64,000 bases of DNA from an uncultured Thermoplasmatales archaeon (GTDB lineage: Archaea > Thermoplasmatota > SW-10-69-26 > JACQPN01 > CAZDGP01), in the NCBI GenBank assembly GCA_964505085.1, contig CAZDGP010000001.1, positions 20,581-84,580 on the forward strand. Direction: 5' to 3'. The notes under the pieces were generated by a model that saw only the letters and a program-made list of their open reading frames with translations, was not told where the DNA came from and did not search any database. How positions within the stretch are numbered: position 1 is the stretch's first letter; each line of letters opens with the position of its first letter. Positions 43,877-51,728 of the stretch are shown piece after piece. The translations under genes and the position numbers were made by a program.

Positions 43877-45178
43877 CAGGGGCGTCCAGGTCCCGTCCAG
43901 GTACCGGCCCCACCCGGGTTCCCCCACGAGCTTACCCTCCTCCACCACGGGACGACCCCGCACCAGCACGGTGCGGGGGAAGATCGCCTCCAAGCCCTCG
44001 TAGGGGGTCCACCCGCAGCGACTGTGGAGTTCGCTTCCCCGCACGGTGCGCACGTCCCCGGGGTCCACCACGAGGAGGTCGCCGTCGTACCCGGGATGGA
44101 TCCGCCCCTTGGGCAGCCCGAAGCGCGCTCCCGGGACCCGGGCGGTGGCATCCATCACGCGCTCCAGGGGCAGGCGCCCCTCCACGGCCTCGTGCAGGAG
44201 CAGGGGCAGCAGCGTCTCGACCCCCGGGACGCCGCTCGGGGCGTCGTGGACCCCCGCGTCCTTCTCCTCCCGCGTGTGGGGGGCGTGGTCGCTTGCCACC
44301 ATGCCCACATCCCCCGCGATGAGCCCCTGCCAGAGCGCCTCCACGTCCTCCACCGGGCGAAGCGGGGGGTTCATCTTGACGAAGGATCCCCTGGTGACGT
44401 CCCGGCGGTCCAGGAGGAGATGGTGGGGTGCCACCTCGCAGGTGACGGCCTGAGCATCCCGCACGAGCTCGAGGCCGCCGGCGGTGCTGAGGTGGGCGAT
44501 GTGGGGCTTGCTCCCGTCGGGCCGGGGGCGGGTGAGGACGTCCCGGATGGCCTCCACCTCGCAGGATGGTGGACGCGACCGAAGGTGAGCGTCCCAGTCG
44601 TCCGGTGCAGCACCCTCGAGCTCCCCCCGATGCGCTTCCATGCAGGTGGGGTCCTCGGCGTGGAAGGCCACCACCTTCCCGTGGGTGGCGCTCGCCTCCA
44701 AAGCCCGGGTGACGAGGTCCGGGTCCTCCACGGTGAGGTGTCCCGTGGTGGCTCCCATGTACACCTTGATGGCGGTGGCCTCGTCGAGGAGGTCGAGGCT
44801 CCCGGGGTCGCTCGTGACGCCCGCGTAGAGCCCGAAGTCCACCAGGGCGCGGTCCCCCGCACGGTCGCGCTTCGCATGGAGCGCCTCCCGCGTGGTGGTG
44901 GGGGGGTCGGTGTTGGGCATATCGAGGACGGCGGTGACGCCGCCGAAGGCCGCGCTCTCGGTGCCGGTGCGGAAGGTCTCCTTCCGGGGGAACCCCGGGT
45001 CCCGGAGGTGCACGTGGGCATCGATAGCTCCCGGGAGGACCCAGGCCTCCCCGGCGTCGATGACGCGGTTCCCCTGGAGGTCATCGGCCACCTCGACGAT
45101 GCGCCCCTCCTCGATCCCCACGGCGGTCCGGCGCAGACCATCCTGGAGGAGCACCTGCCCCTTCACCACGATGTCCAT
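43871..45178 (-). CDS. pyrC: Dihydroorotase (cyclic amidohydrolase family)
   Basis: LPGAIDAHVHLRDPG, MVASDHAPH. ATG 45178 lies about 30 nt downstream of a CTTAAC element. The track start (GTG 45244) would add 22 codons. Confidence 0.8.
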   Translation of the reverse strand: MDIVVKGQVLLQDGLRRTAVGIEEGRIVEVADDLQGNRVIDAGEAWVLPGAIDAHVHLRDPGFPRKETFRTGTESAAFGGVTAVLDMPNTDPPTTTREALHAKRDRAGDRALVDFGLYAGVTSDPGSLDLLDEATAIKVYMGATTGHLTVEDPDLVTRALEASATHGKVVAFHAEDPTCMEAHRGELEGAAPDDWDAHLRSRPPSCEVEAIRDVLTRPRPDGSKPHIAHLSTAGGLELVRDAQAVTCEVAPHHLLLDRRDVTRGSFVKMNPPLRPVEDVEALWQGLIAGDVGMVASDHAPHTREEKDAGVHDAPSGVPGVETLLPLLLHEAVEGRLPLERVMDATARVPGARFGLPKGRIHPGYDGDLLVVDPGDVRTVRGSELHSRCGWTPYEGLEAIFPRTVLVRGRPVVEEGKLVGEPGWGRYLDGTWTPLS

Positions 45179-45270
45179 GGGGGGAGGCACCCCGGTCCGC
45201 CATGTTAAGGTCATCGCTTCCCCGACGTGGAGGCCCCCCGCCACGGGGACCCACCCACACCACCTGAACC

Positions 45271-45278
45271 TTTAAGTA
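45271..45278 (+). promoter_or_regulatory. TATA-like TTTAAGTA upstream of the 52-codon zinc-finger ORF
   Basis: 46 nt upstream of ATG 45324. The only AT-rich patch in the spacer. Confidence 0.35.
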
Positions 45279-45323
45279 CAGGGTGCGGTCCAAGGGAGCG
45301 AGTGAGCACAGGGGACCACCGTC

Positions 45324-45482
45324 ATGCCACAGCGGAACTGTCCTCGTTGCGGCTCCGGACTCCACCGTGAGGAGATCGAGAACGGCAACGTCTGGAGCTG
45401 CCAAGGCCATGGGATCGTGGACTGGTTCTTCGAGAACCAGACCCACGTGCGGATGGAAACCGCACGCCACCTCGAGTGGTGA
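45324..45482 (+). CDS. CPxCG zinc-finger microprotein (52 aa), absent from the ORF track
   Basis: My translation is MPQRNCPRCGSGLHREEIENGNVWSCQGHGIVDWFFENQTHVRMETARHLEW. It has a CPRCG motif plus a C-x2-H pair, an upstream TATA-like element and a downstream pyrimidine tract. Confidence 0.45.
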   Translation: MPQRNCPRCGSGLHREEIENGNVWSCQGHGIVDWFFENQTHVRMETARHLEW

Positions 45483-45485
45483 GCG

Positions 45486-45516
45486 TTCCCTCTCCCCCCC
45501 TTCTTTCTCTCTCCTC
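45486..45516 (+). terminator. Pyrimidine-only tract (ttccctctcccccccttctttctctctcctc) just after the micro-ORF
   Basis: 31 nt of C/T on the coding strand starting 4 nt after the stop. The same class of tract follows lonB and aglB. Confidence 0.4.
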
Positions 45517-45598
45517 AAGCGCGTGAGCCCGTGCCAGGGAAGGCTTATGGCTGCGTAACCCGTTGAACCGCCTGTACCTGGGTGCTGGACCCGGGGGG

Positions 45599-46744
45599 AT
45601 GACCATGGTGGAACCCGCGGACCGCATCAAGCGCATCCAGATGTCGGGGATCCGGAAGATGTTCGAGGGTGCAGGACCCGACGACCTCAACCTGGGCCTA
45701 GGGGAGCCCGACTTCGACCCACCGGAGCACGTGCTCGACGCCTACGATGACGCCATCCGACGGGGGGAGAACGGGTACGGCCCCACGGCGGGTCTCCCGG
45801 AGCTACGGGCGGCCATCGCCGAGGTGGAGTCCCAGCACGATCCCCGCATCACGTCGGACCACGTCATCGTGACCGCGGGAGCCACCGCCGCACTCTACGC
45901 CACCGCGCAGACCTTCGTCTCCCCCGGCGACGAGGTGCTGGTGCCCGACCCGGGCTTCGTGCTCTACGGACCCCACGTGGAGCTCGCTCACGGTACCCCC
46001 GTGCGCTACCCCCTCCGCGCGGACGCGGGGTACGAACCGGACCTCGACGAGGTGCAGGAGCTCGTGACGGAGGAGACGAGCAGCATCCTCGTGAACAGCC
46101 CCGGGAACCCCACGGGCCGCACCTTCGATGAGGACACCGTGAGGGGTCTCGTGGAGATCGCGGAGGACCACGACCTCCTCGTGGTGAGCGACGAGGCCTA
46201 CGACGTCCTCACGTACGAGGGGGAGCACGTGACCTTCCTCGGCCGGAGCCCCAACGTGCTCTACGTGAACACGTTCAGCAAGCGGTACGCTATGACGGGG
46301 TGGCGGTTGGGGTACGTGGTGGCGGACCCCGAGCGCGTGCAGGTCCTCCGCAAGATGACGTACTACATGATGGCCTGCCCCCCCACACCGACGCAGCATG
46401 CGGCCCTCGCCGCCGTGAAGGGCTCCCAGGACTTCGTGGACGATATGGCCGAGGCGTTCCGGGCGCGGAGGGACCTCATGGTGGAGGGCTTCCGGGGGAT
46501 CCCGGGTTTCAAGCTGGAGCCCCCGGAGGGCGCGTTCTACGCCTTCCCCCGGTTCGACTTCGAGATGACGAGCGAGGAGCTCGCCCACCACCTCCTGGAG
46601 GCCGGTGTCGTCACCGTGCCCGGGTCCGCTTTCGGACCCCATGGGGAGGGCCACATCAGGTTGAGCTACGCCAACGACGAAGCGACGCTCGAGGAGGCCC
46701 TGCAACGCATCGAGAAGGCCGTGCAGGACCTCCCCCGATCCTGA
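45599..46744 (+). CDS. Class I/II aminotransferase (aspartate/aromatic type), second copy
   Basis: LGLGEPDFDPP, FSKRYAMTGWRLGY (PLP lysine). Start ambiguous: TTG 45563, ATG 45599 or ATG 45605. Confidence 0.85.
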   Translation: MTMVEPADRIKRIQMSGIRKMFEGAGPDDLNLGLGEPDFDPPEHVLDAYDDAIRRGENGYGPTAGLPELRAAIAEVESQHDPRITSDHVIVTAGATAALYATAQTFVSPGDEVLVPDPGFVLYGPHVELAHGTPVRYPLRADAGYEPDLDEVQELVTEETSSILVNSPGNPTGRTFDEDTVRGLVEIAEDHDLLVVSDEAYDVLTYEGEHVTFLGRSPNVLYVNTFSKRYAMTGWRLGYVVADPERVQVLRKMTYYMMACPPTPTQHAALAAVKGSQDFVDDMAEAFRARRDLMVEGFRGIPGFKLEPPEGAFYAFPRFDFEMTSEELAHHLLEAGVVTVPGSAFGPHGEGHIRLSYANDEATLEEALQRIEKAVQDLPRS

Positions 46745-46748
46745 CGCC

Positions 46749-47945
46749 ATGCGCATCCTCCAGGCCTGCGTACGGTACCCCCCCGCCCCAGGCGGGGCCG
46801 AGACCCACGTGCAGGCCCTGAGCGAGGGCCTCCTCGCCCGGGGGCACGAGGTCCAGGTGGTGACGAGCGACCTACGGAAGGAGGTGCCCTTCACCCGGGA
46901 CCCGTCGCTCCCGGAGGAGGTGGCGGGGGTGCCGGTGACGCGCCTTCCCGCCTGGACGCCCGGGGGGGAGGGGCACTACGTCTTCCAACGACGGTTGCTT
47001 CGCACCCTCCTGCGGGAGGCGCAGGAGAGCGACGTCGTCCACGCCCACAGCTACGGGTACCACCAGACGTGGGCGGGCGCCCTGGCCGCCCGCATCACCG
47101 ACACGCCCTTCGTCCTCACACCCCACTACCATCCTCCCTGGAGCATGGAGGGGGGTGCCCGCCGCGGCATCCTGCGCCGCGTCTACGATACCACCCTGGG
47201 CCCCCTGAGCCTCAGAGGATCCGATGCCGTCCTGGGGGTGTCCCGTGCGGAGCTTGACGCCATGGAGGCCCACGGGCTCACGTTGGACCCCGACCGCGTG
47301 CACGTGGTGCCGAACGGCATCCACATGGACCGCTTCACACCGCCACCCGACGGTGAGCGGTTCCGGGAGGCGTTCCCCGAGGTCGCGGGACCCATGGTGC
47401 TCTACGCGGGGCGCCTCGCCACGAACAAGGGCCTGCCCGTGCTCGTGGATGCCATCCCCGATCTCGTGTCGGAGCTTCCCGACCTCACGGTGGTCTTGGC
47501 GGGGGAGGACCAGGACCAAGCCACGAAGCTCCAGCGCCAGGCCGAGGACCTGGGTGTAGGGGACCACCTTCTGGTGCCCGGCCACCTGCCGGAGGAGGTC
47601 TTCGTGAGCGCCTTCGGTGCCGCCGACGCCTTCGCGCTCCCGAGCGAGTACGAGGCCTTCGGCATCGTGCTCCTGGAGGCGCTGGCCTGCGGCCTGCCCT
47701 GCGTCGTGGCGGACCGGGGGGGGATGCCGGAGGTGGTGGAGGGCGGTGCCACGGGTCGCGTCGTACCCTACGGGGACCCGGAGGCCCTGGCGCGGGGTCT
47801 CCTGGATGTTCTCGAGGCCTCCAGGGAGGACGACGGTCCGAGGGTGCGAAGCCGCGAGCGGGTGGCGGAACGCTTCACCTGGGATGTCGTGGTGGAGGAG
47901 GTGGAGGACGTGTACCACAGCCTCCTCTCCGAGGGCTCCCGCTGA
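46749..47945 (+). CDS. GT4-family glycosyltransferase
   Basis: PSEYEAFGIVLLEALACGLPCVVADRGGMPEVV (GT-B, group 1 motif). Confidence 0.85.
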   Translation: MRILQACVRYPPAPGGAETHVQALSEGLLARGHEVQVVTSDLRKEVPFTRDPSLPEEVAGVPVTRLPAWTPGGEGHYVFQRRLLRTLLREAQESDVVHAHSYGYHQTWAGALAARITDTPFVLTPHYHPPWSMEGGARRGILRRVYDTTLGPLSLRGSDAVLGVSRAELDAMEAHGLTLDPDRVHVVPNGIHMDRFTPPPDGERFREAFPEVAGPMVLYAGRLATNKGLPVLVDAIPDLVSELPDLTVVLAGEDQDQATKLQRQAEDLGVGDHLLVPGHLPEEVFVSAFGAADAFALPSEYEAFGIVLLEALACGLPCVVADRGGMPEVVEGGATGRVVPYGDPEALARGLLDVLEASREDDGPRVRSRERVAERFTWDVVVEEVEDVYHSLLSEGSR

Positions 47946-47957
47946 CGATCAAGCGGT

Positions 47958-48008
47958 GAGAGCGGGGGAGAGACGGATAGGGAAGAGAGGGGGGAAGAGG
48001 GGGGTGGG
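47958..48008 (-). terminator. Pyrimidine-rich tract on the minus strand downstream of aglB
   Basis: The plus strand reads gagagcgggggagagacggatagggaagagaggggggaagaggggggtggg. The tract begins 17 nt after the aglB stop. Confidence 0.35.
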
Positions 48009-48024
48009 CGCACGGTCCGGGGCG

Positions 48025-51000
48025 TCAGCTCGCCTGGAACGCGAGGTCCAACCGGAAGCTCTCCACACCCACCGGCACCGACGCGGCCTCGTCCAGGGCG
48101 TACGCGGTGCCCTGGCCGCTGGTGAAGCTCCCGGTGACGGTGTAGTCCCCGGGCTTCAGGTTCACCGAGTAGGTCCCGTTGGCGTCCACCGTGGCGGTGG
48201 CGTTCCGCGCGGTGCTCCCCGGTGCCGCGGTGAAGGTCACCTGCGTGCCCTGGGGCACGGGGTCGTCGGCGGTGCCGTCGCCGTCGGCGTCGTACGTGGC
48301 GTTCCCCGTGGTGGTGACCTCCCGGAGCACGAGGCTCACGTTGTGGTGCACCGTGCCGGCGCTCTCCACCGCCACGACGCGGTCCGCGTTGGCCACGCGG
48401 TACGTGGTATCGTCCACGGTGATGAGCTGGCGGCCAGCGGGGACGTCCGTCAACGTGTAGGAGCCGCTGGCATCCGAGGTGGCGGTGCTGTTGCCGATCT
48501 CCACCACGATACCCTCCTGCACCGCGTCGATGCTGGCGTTGAAGGACCCGTCGCCGTCCCGGTCCACGTACACGGTGCCCGTGACGTCCCCGGGTTCGAT
48601 GCGGATGTCCAGGGCGGGATCGTCCACCACGGCGCCCGTCTCGGCCTCCTCCCGCGTCACGTCCACGGGGACCCGCGCGAGCTCGGTGCGGCCCTCGCGT
48701 ACAACGAGGGTGACGGGACCGTCCATGCCGAAGGGCGACGTGATCTCGTAGGTGCCGTTGGCGTCGGTGGTGGTGGAATCGTGGGCCACGTTGAGGTCCT
48801 GCGCGCTCACGAACTGCTGGAAGCGCGGGCCCACGAGGTCCAGGAGCTCCTCACCTGCGTCGTCGTACACGGTCACGGTGACGCCGGGCATGGGCTCACC
48901 CGACGCGTCCACCACGGTGCCCGTGAGCTCCGCACCCTGGTAGAACTGGAGCATGCGCAGCTGGTCGTTGGCGAAGACCACGCGGAAGTGCTCCAGACCC
49001 GTACCGGGGCTGGGGAACGTCAGGGGCCGGTTCAGGGCGTCACCCTCCACCGTGGGTTGCCCCTGGAGGATGGCCTGGGGCACGGCGCCCACGTACGTGC
49101 GGTAGAACATCGTGTTGAAGAAGGCCTGCTTGTACGAGAGCTTCTGACCCGTGACCTGGAACTGGCTGTTGGGTCCGGACGCCCGCTGTTGCATCCGCGT
49201 GAGCTCGCTCTCGGAGTACTCGGCGGTGCCCTGCCGCGGCCCCTCGAAGGGGTTCGCGAGGGTCCCCTCGTAGAGGACCTCGATGAAGTCGTCCGGGTCC
49301 TTATCCGCCAGCGTCACCGGCGCGTAGAAGATGCTGGACTGCTCGATGCGCTGCGTGGACGGGTCGTCGAAGGGCATGAGGCGCACGTCCACCGCGAAGT
49401 ACCGGATGTGCTTGCACCTCTGGTTCGTGGTGTCGAGGTCGCAGGTCGCAGCCTCCACGTCGCCCACGAGCTCCACCGCCTGGCCCTTGCTGAGGGCCGG
49501 CGCGTACTCGTACGCCTGCAGTTGGTCGTAGGTGGTGTCAACCTCGGACTCCGGCACACCCACGTCCCGGAGCATCGTCTTGAACTCATCCTCAGCGAAG
49601 AGACCCATGTACCGGGCGTTCAGGAGCTGGATGGCGTGGGTCTCGTTCTCGCTCGTGATGAAGTTCCCAGCGAACTCGAAACCGTTCTGGAAGTTGTCGG
49701 CGACGCTGGGGTGCTCGGCCACGTAGATGTTCCAGTGACCGTAGTCCCACCAGCTCAGGAACGCGGGACGGTCCGCGGGGTCCTCGATGTGGGAGTCGTA
49801 CCCACGCAGCCAGCTGAGGCCCTCCCACCAGTACTCGGGGATGAACCCCTGTCCGAAGGCGCCGAAGCGCTTCTGGACGAAGAAGGCGAACCCCTCCTGC
49901 ACGTCCTGGCGGTTCTCGGGCGTGTCCTCCAACCCCTCCTCGTCCAGGCGCTCCTGGATGTAGAGGTTGTAGAGAGCGTTGACGCCCTGTCCCTGGATCT
50001 GGTCGTCGCCCACACCCATGTCCCGGAGCTCGTCCTCGAGCCACTGGCGTTGGAGGTCCTGCTCCACGCCGAAGGGCATCCCCGCGTCCACAGCGAGGAA
50101 GACGTTGGGGACGATGACGAGGAAGGCCACCAGCGCGATGCCCACGACCTGCCACCAGCGCAGAGCGCGGCGGGTGGAGGCCAGGATGTTCCCCCGGGCG
50201 TTGCGGAAGGCAGCGGGCACATCCTGGAGCTGGAGCGCGTCCACGATGAGCGCCGTCACCCACCCGCCCAGGAGCGCCAGGGCGGGCGTGGCGTTGAACA
50301 TGAACCGCACGGCGCTGTGGGCCATGAAGAGGGCTACGAGCGCCCAGATGAACATGAAGAGCTCGTCCCGCGCCTCGGTGCGGAAGGTGCGCCAACCTAG
50401 GATACCCAACCCCGTGACCCCCAGGAGGTACACGAGGGGGCCCACGCTGAAGACCGCGGTGCTGAAGTCCGCAGGTTGCGCCTCCGCGATGGTGGTGTAC
50501 AGGGTGGACTGCCGGAAGTACACCAGGCTGTAGAGGAGGCTCCGCGCAACCTCGGGCACCACGAAGAACGCCATGAGGACACCCACGGCGCCGGCGGTGA
50601 CGAAGGCGGGGAACACGAGGACGAAGGGTAGATCCCGGGTGGGTACGAGCACGAGCCCCACCACGAGCTGGGCCAGAACGATGAAGAAGGCGGGGCGGAT
50701 GAAGCCCATGAGTCCGGCGATCTCGTAGAAGGGGATGGGGACGACGACACCGATCAGGAGGGCCACGGTGGTGGCGAGGAAGGTGCCTGTGCTATCCTTG
50801 TTGGACCAGTGGTCGGCCAACATGGAGACGACAGCGTAGAGGAAGATGATCCCCACAGCGTAGGGGAACCCCTTCCAGATGAGAGCCGTGGCTGCGATGG
50901 CGAGACCCGCCAGCGCTCCCCAGCCCACGGTCTCCTTGTGCTCCTGCCAGTACGCGGTGAGGCCCCGGTTGATGCTGCCGAGGCTCGTCCAGTCCCCGAC

Positions 51001-51597
51001 CCACTCCCGGGTCCTGTCCACGCTCTGTATGGCTCTCAGGTAGAAGAGGAACGACAGCACGATGAAGAAGAGCGTCGGGGCGTCGTGGTCGGCGAAGCCC
51101 AGGGCGCTACGTTCGATGTGGCTCGTGGCCGTGGCCAGGAAGAAGGCGCTGATGATGCCTGCCTTCGTTCCCCACAGCCGCTTGCCGATGAAGAATATGG
51201 GGATGGCTGTCAAGGCACCCCAGATGACGGGGCTCCACTCGGTCACCCACCACGTGGCGGTGTCCACGTTGCCCGTGAGGGCGCCCGCGGCGGCGCCGGT
51301 GACGGCGATGCTCCACTGGTAGAGCGGCGGGTTGGGGTTCACCGACCCGTAGGGGTAGTTGAGGAGCGGGTCCTCGAGGAGGGTGGACCACTGCTCTTGG
51401 ATGAAGTCCACAGCATGCTTGTGGTAGTAAGGGTCGTTCCCCGAGAGGGCGAACTCCCCGCCCACCTTCGCCACGCTCACGTTCCAATAGGAACGGAGGA
51501 AGATAGCGAAGAGAACGATACCCACGACGGTGAGGGCGATCCACCACCGTCGAGCTTGTGATCCGTCCGAGCTGGTCTGGTTTGCACCCCGTGTCAT
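48025..51597 (-). CDS. aglB: Archaeal oligosaccharyltransferase AglB (STT3 family) with a long C-terminal beta-sandwich extension
   Basis: Multi-TM N-terminal half, WWDYGHW motif (FLSWWDYGHWNIYV), C-terminal repeats of the carboxypeptidase-regulatory-like type (TGTVVDASGEPMPGVTVTVYD). 1190 aa. Confidence 0.92.
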   Translation of the reverse strand: MTRGANQTSSDGSQARRWWIALTVVGIVLFAIFLRSYWNVSVAKVGGEFALSGNDPYYHKHAVDFIQEQWSTLLEDPLLNYPYGSVNPNPPLYQWSIAVTGAAAGALTGNVDTATWWVTEWSPVIWGALTAIPIFFIGKRLWGTKAGIISAFFLATATSHIERSALGFADHDAPTLFFIVLSFLFYLRAIQSVDRTREWVGDWTSLGSINRGLTAYWQEHKETVGWGALAGLAIAATALIWKGFPYAVGIIFLYAVVSMLADHWSNKDSTGTFLATTVALLIGVVVPIPFYEIAGLMGFIRPAFFIVLAQLVVGLVLVPTRDLPFVLVFPAFVTAGAVGVLMAFFVVPEVARSLLYSLVYFRQSTLYTTIAEAQPADFSTAVFSVGPLVYLLGVTGLGILGWRTFRTEARDELFMFIWALVALFMAHSAVRFMFNATPALALLGGWVTALIVDALQLQDVPAAFRNARGNILASTRRALRWWQVVGIALVAFLVIVPNVFLAVDAGMPFGVEQDLQRQWLEDELRDMGVGDDQIQGQGVNALYNLYIQERLDEEGLEDTPENRQDVQEGFAFFVQKRFGAFGQGFIPEYWWEGLSWLRGYDSHIEDPADRPAFLSWWDYGHWNIYVAEHPSVADNFQNGFEFAGNFITSENETHAIQLLNARYMGLFAEDEFKTMLRDVGVPESEVDTTYDQLQAYEYAPALSKGQAVELVGDVEAATCDLDTTNQRCKHIRYFAVDVRLMPFDDPSTQRIEQSSIFYAPVTLADKDPDDFIEVLYEGTLANPFEGPRQGTAEYSESELTRMQQRASGPNSQFQVTGQKLSYKQAFFNTMFYRTYVGAVPQAILQGQPTVEGDALNRPLTFPSPGTGLEHFRVVFANDQLRMLQFYQGAELTGTVVDASGEPMPGVTVTVYDDAGEELLDLVGPRFQQFVSAQDLNVAHDSTTTDANGTYEITSPFGMDGPVTLVVREGRTELARVPVDVTREEAETGAVVDDPALDIRIEPGDVTGTVYVDRDGDGSFNASIDAVQEGIVVEIGNSTATSDASGSYTLTDVPAGRQLITVDDTTYRVANADRVVAVESAGTVHHNVSLVLREVTTTGNATYDADGDGTADDPVPQGTQVTFTAAPGSTARNATATVDANGTYSVNLKPGDYTVTGSFTSGQGTAYALDEAASVPVGVESFRLDLAFQAS

Positions 51598-51642
51598 GAG
51601 GACACCTGGAGGTTGAAGAGTAGTCCCCCGATGCCGCTCCCC

Positions 51643-51652
51643 TTATTTAAAG
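51643..51652 (-). promoter_or_regulatory. TATA-like TTTAAATAA for aglB
   Basis: About 54 nt upstream of ATG 51597, with AGGTG 7 nt before the ATG. Confidence 0.45.
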
Positions 51653-51697
51653 ATTGGTTGGGTCCCGAACCGGGTGCCGGGCCGGAGAGGGAAAGCC

Positions 51698-51705
51698 GTA
51701 TAAAC
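51698..51705 (+). promoter_or_regulatory. TATA box GTATAAAC, 31 nt upstream of ATG 51729 (leaderless geometry)
   Basis: Seen directly in the sequence. Confidence 0.5.
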
Positions 51706-51728
51706 CGCGGCCTCCTCATGCCGTGACC

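Noticed and set aside
48699-48706. A fourth exact GTACAACG copy inside aglB, with near-matches at 8260-8269 (purP TATA region, TTTACAACGG), 45573-45578 (CCTGTACC upstream of the aminotransferase), 45276-45282 and 33623-33630.
   Set aside because: The coding-region hit fits the chance expectation. The purP match is explained by its TATA element. The others share only 6-7 nt. They are listed because they limit the specificity claim for the aromatic box.
47617-50400. Very long ORFs antisense to, or out of frame with, confidently assigned genes. Examples: 47617-50400 (927 aa, opposite aglB), 54914-57379 (821 aa, opposite lonB), 51594-53807 (737 aa, opposite the gluzincin), 14032-16224, 22489-24096 and 33748-36168.
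   Set aside because: They have low-complexity Arg/Gly/Pro/Ala/His-rich translations with no recognisable motifs, and each lies fully opposite a gene with strong family signatures. This is the expected stop-codon paucity of GC-rich DNA.
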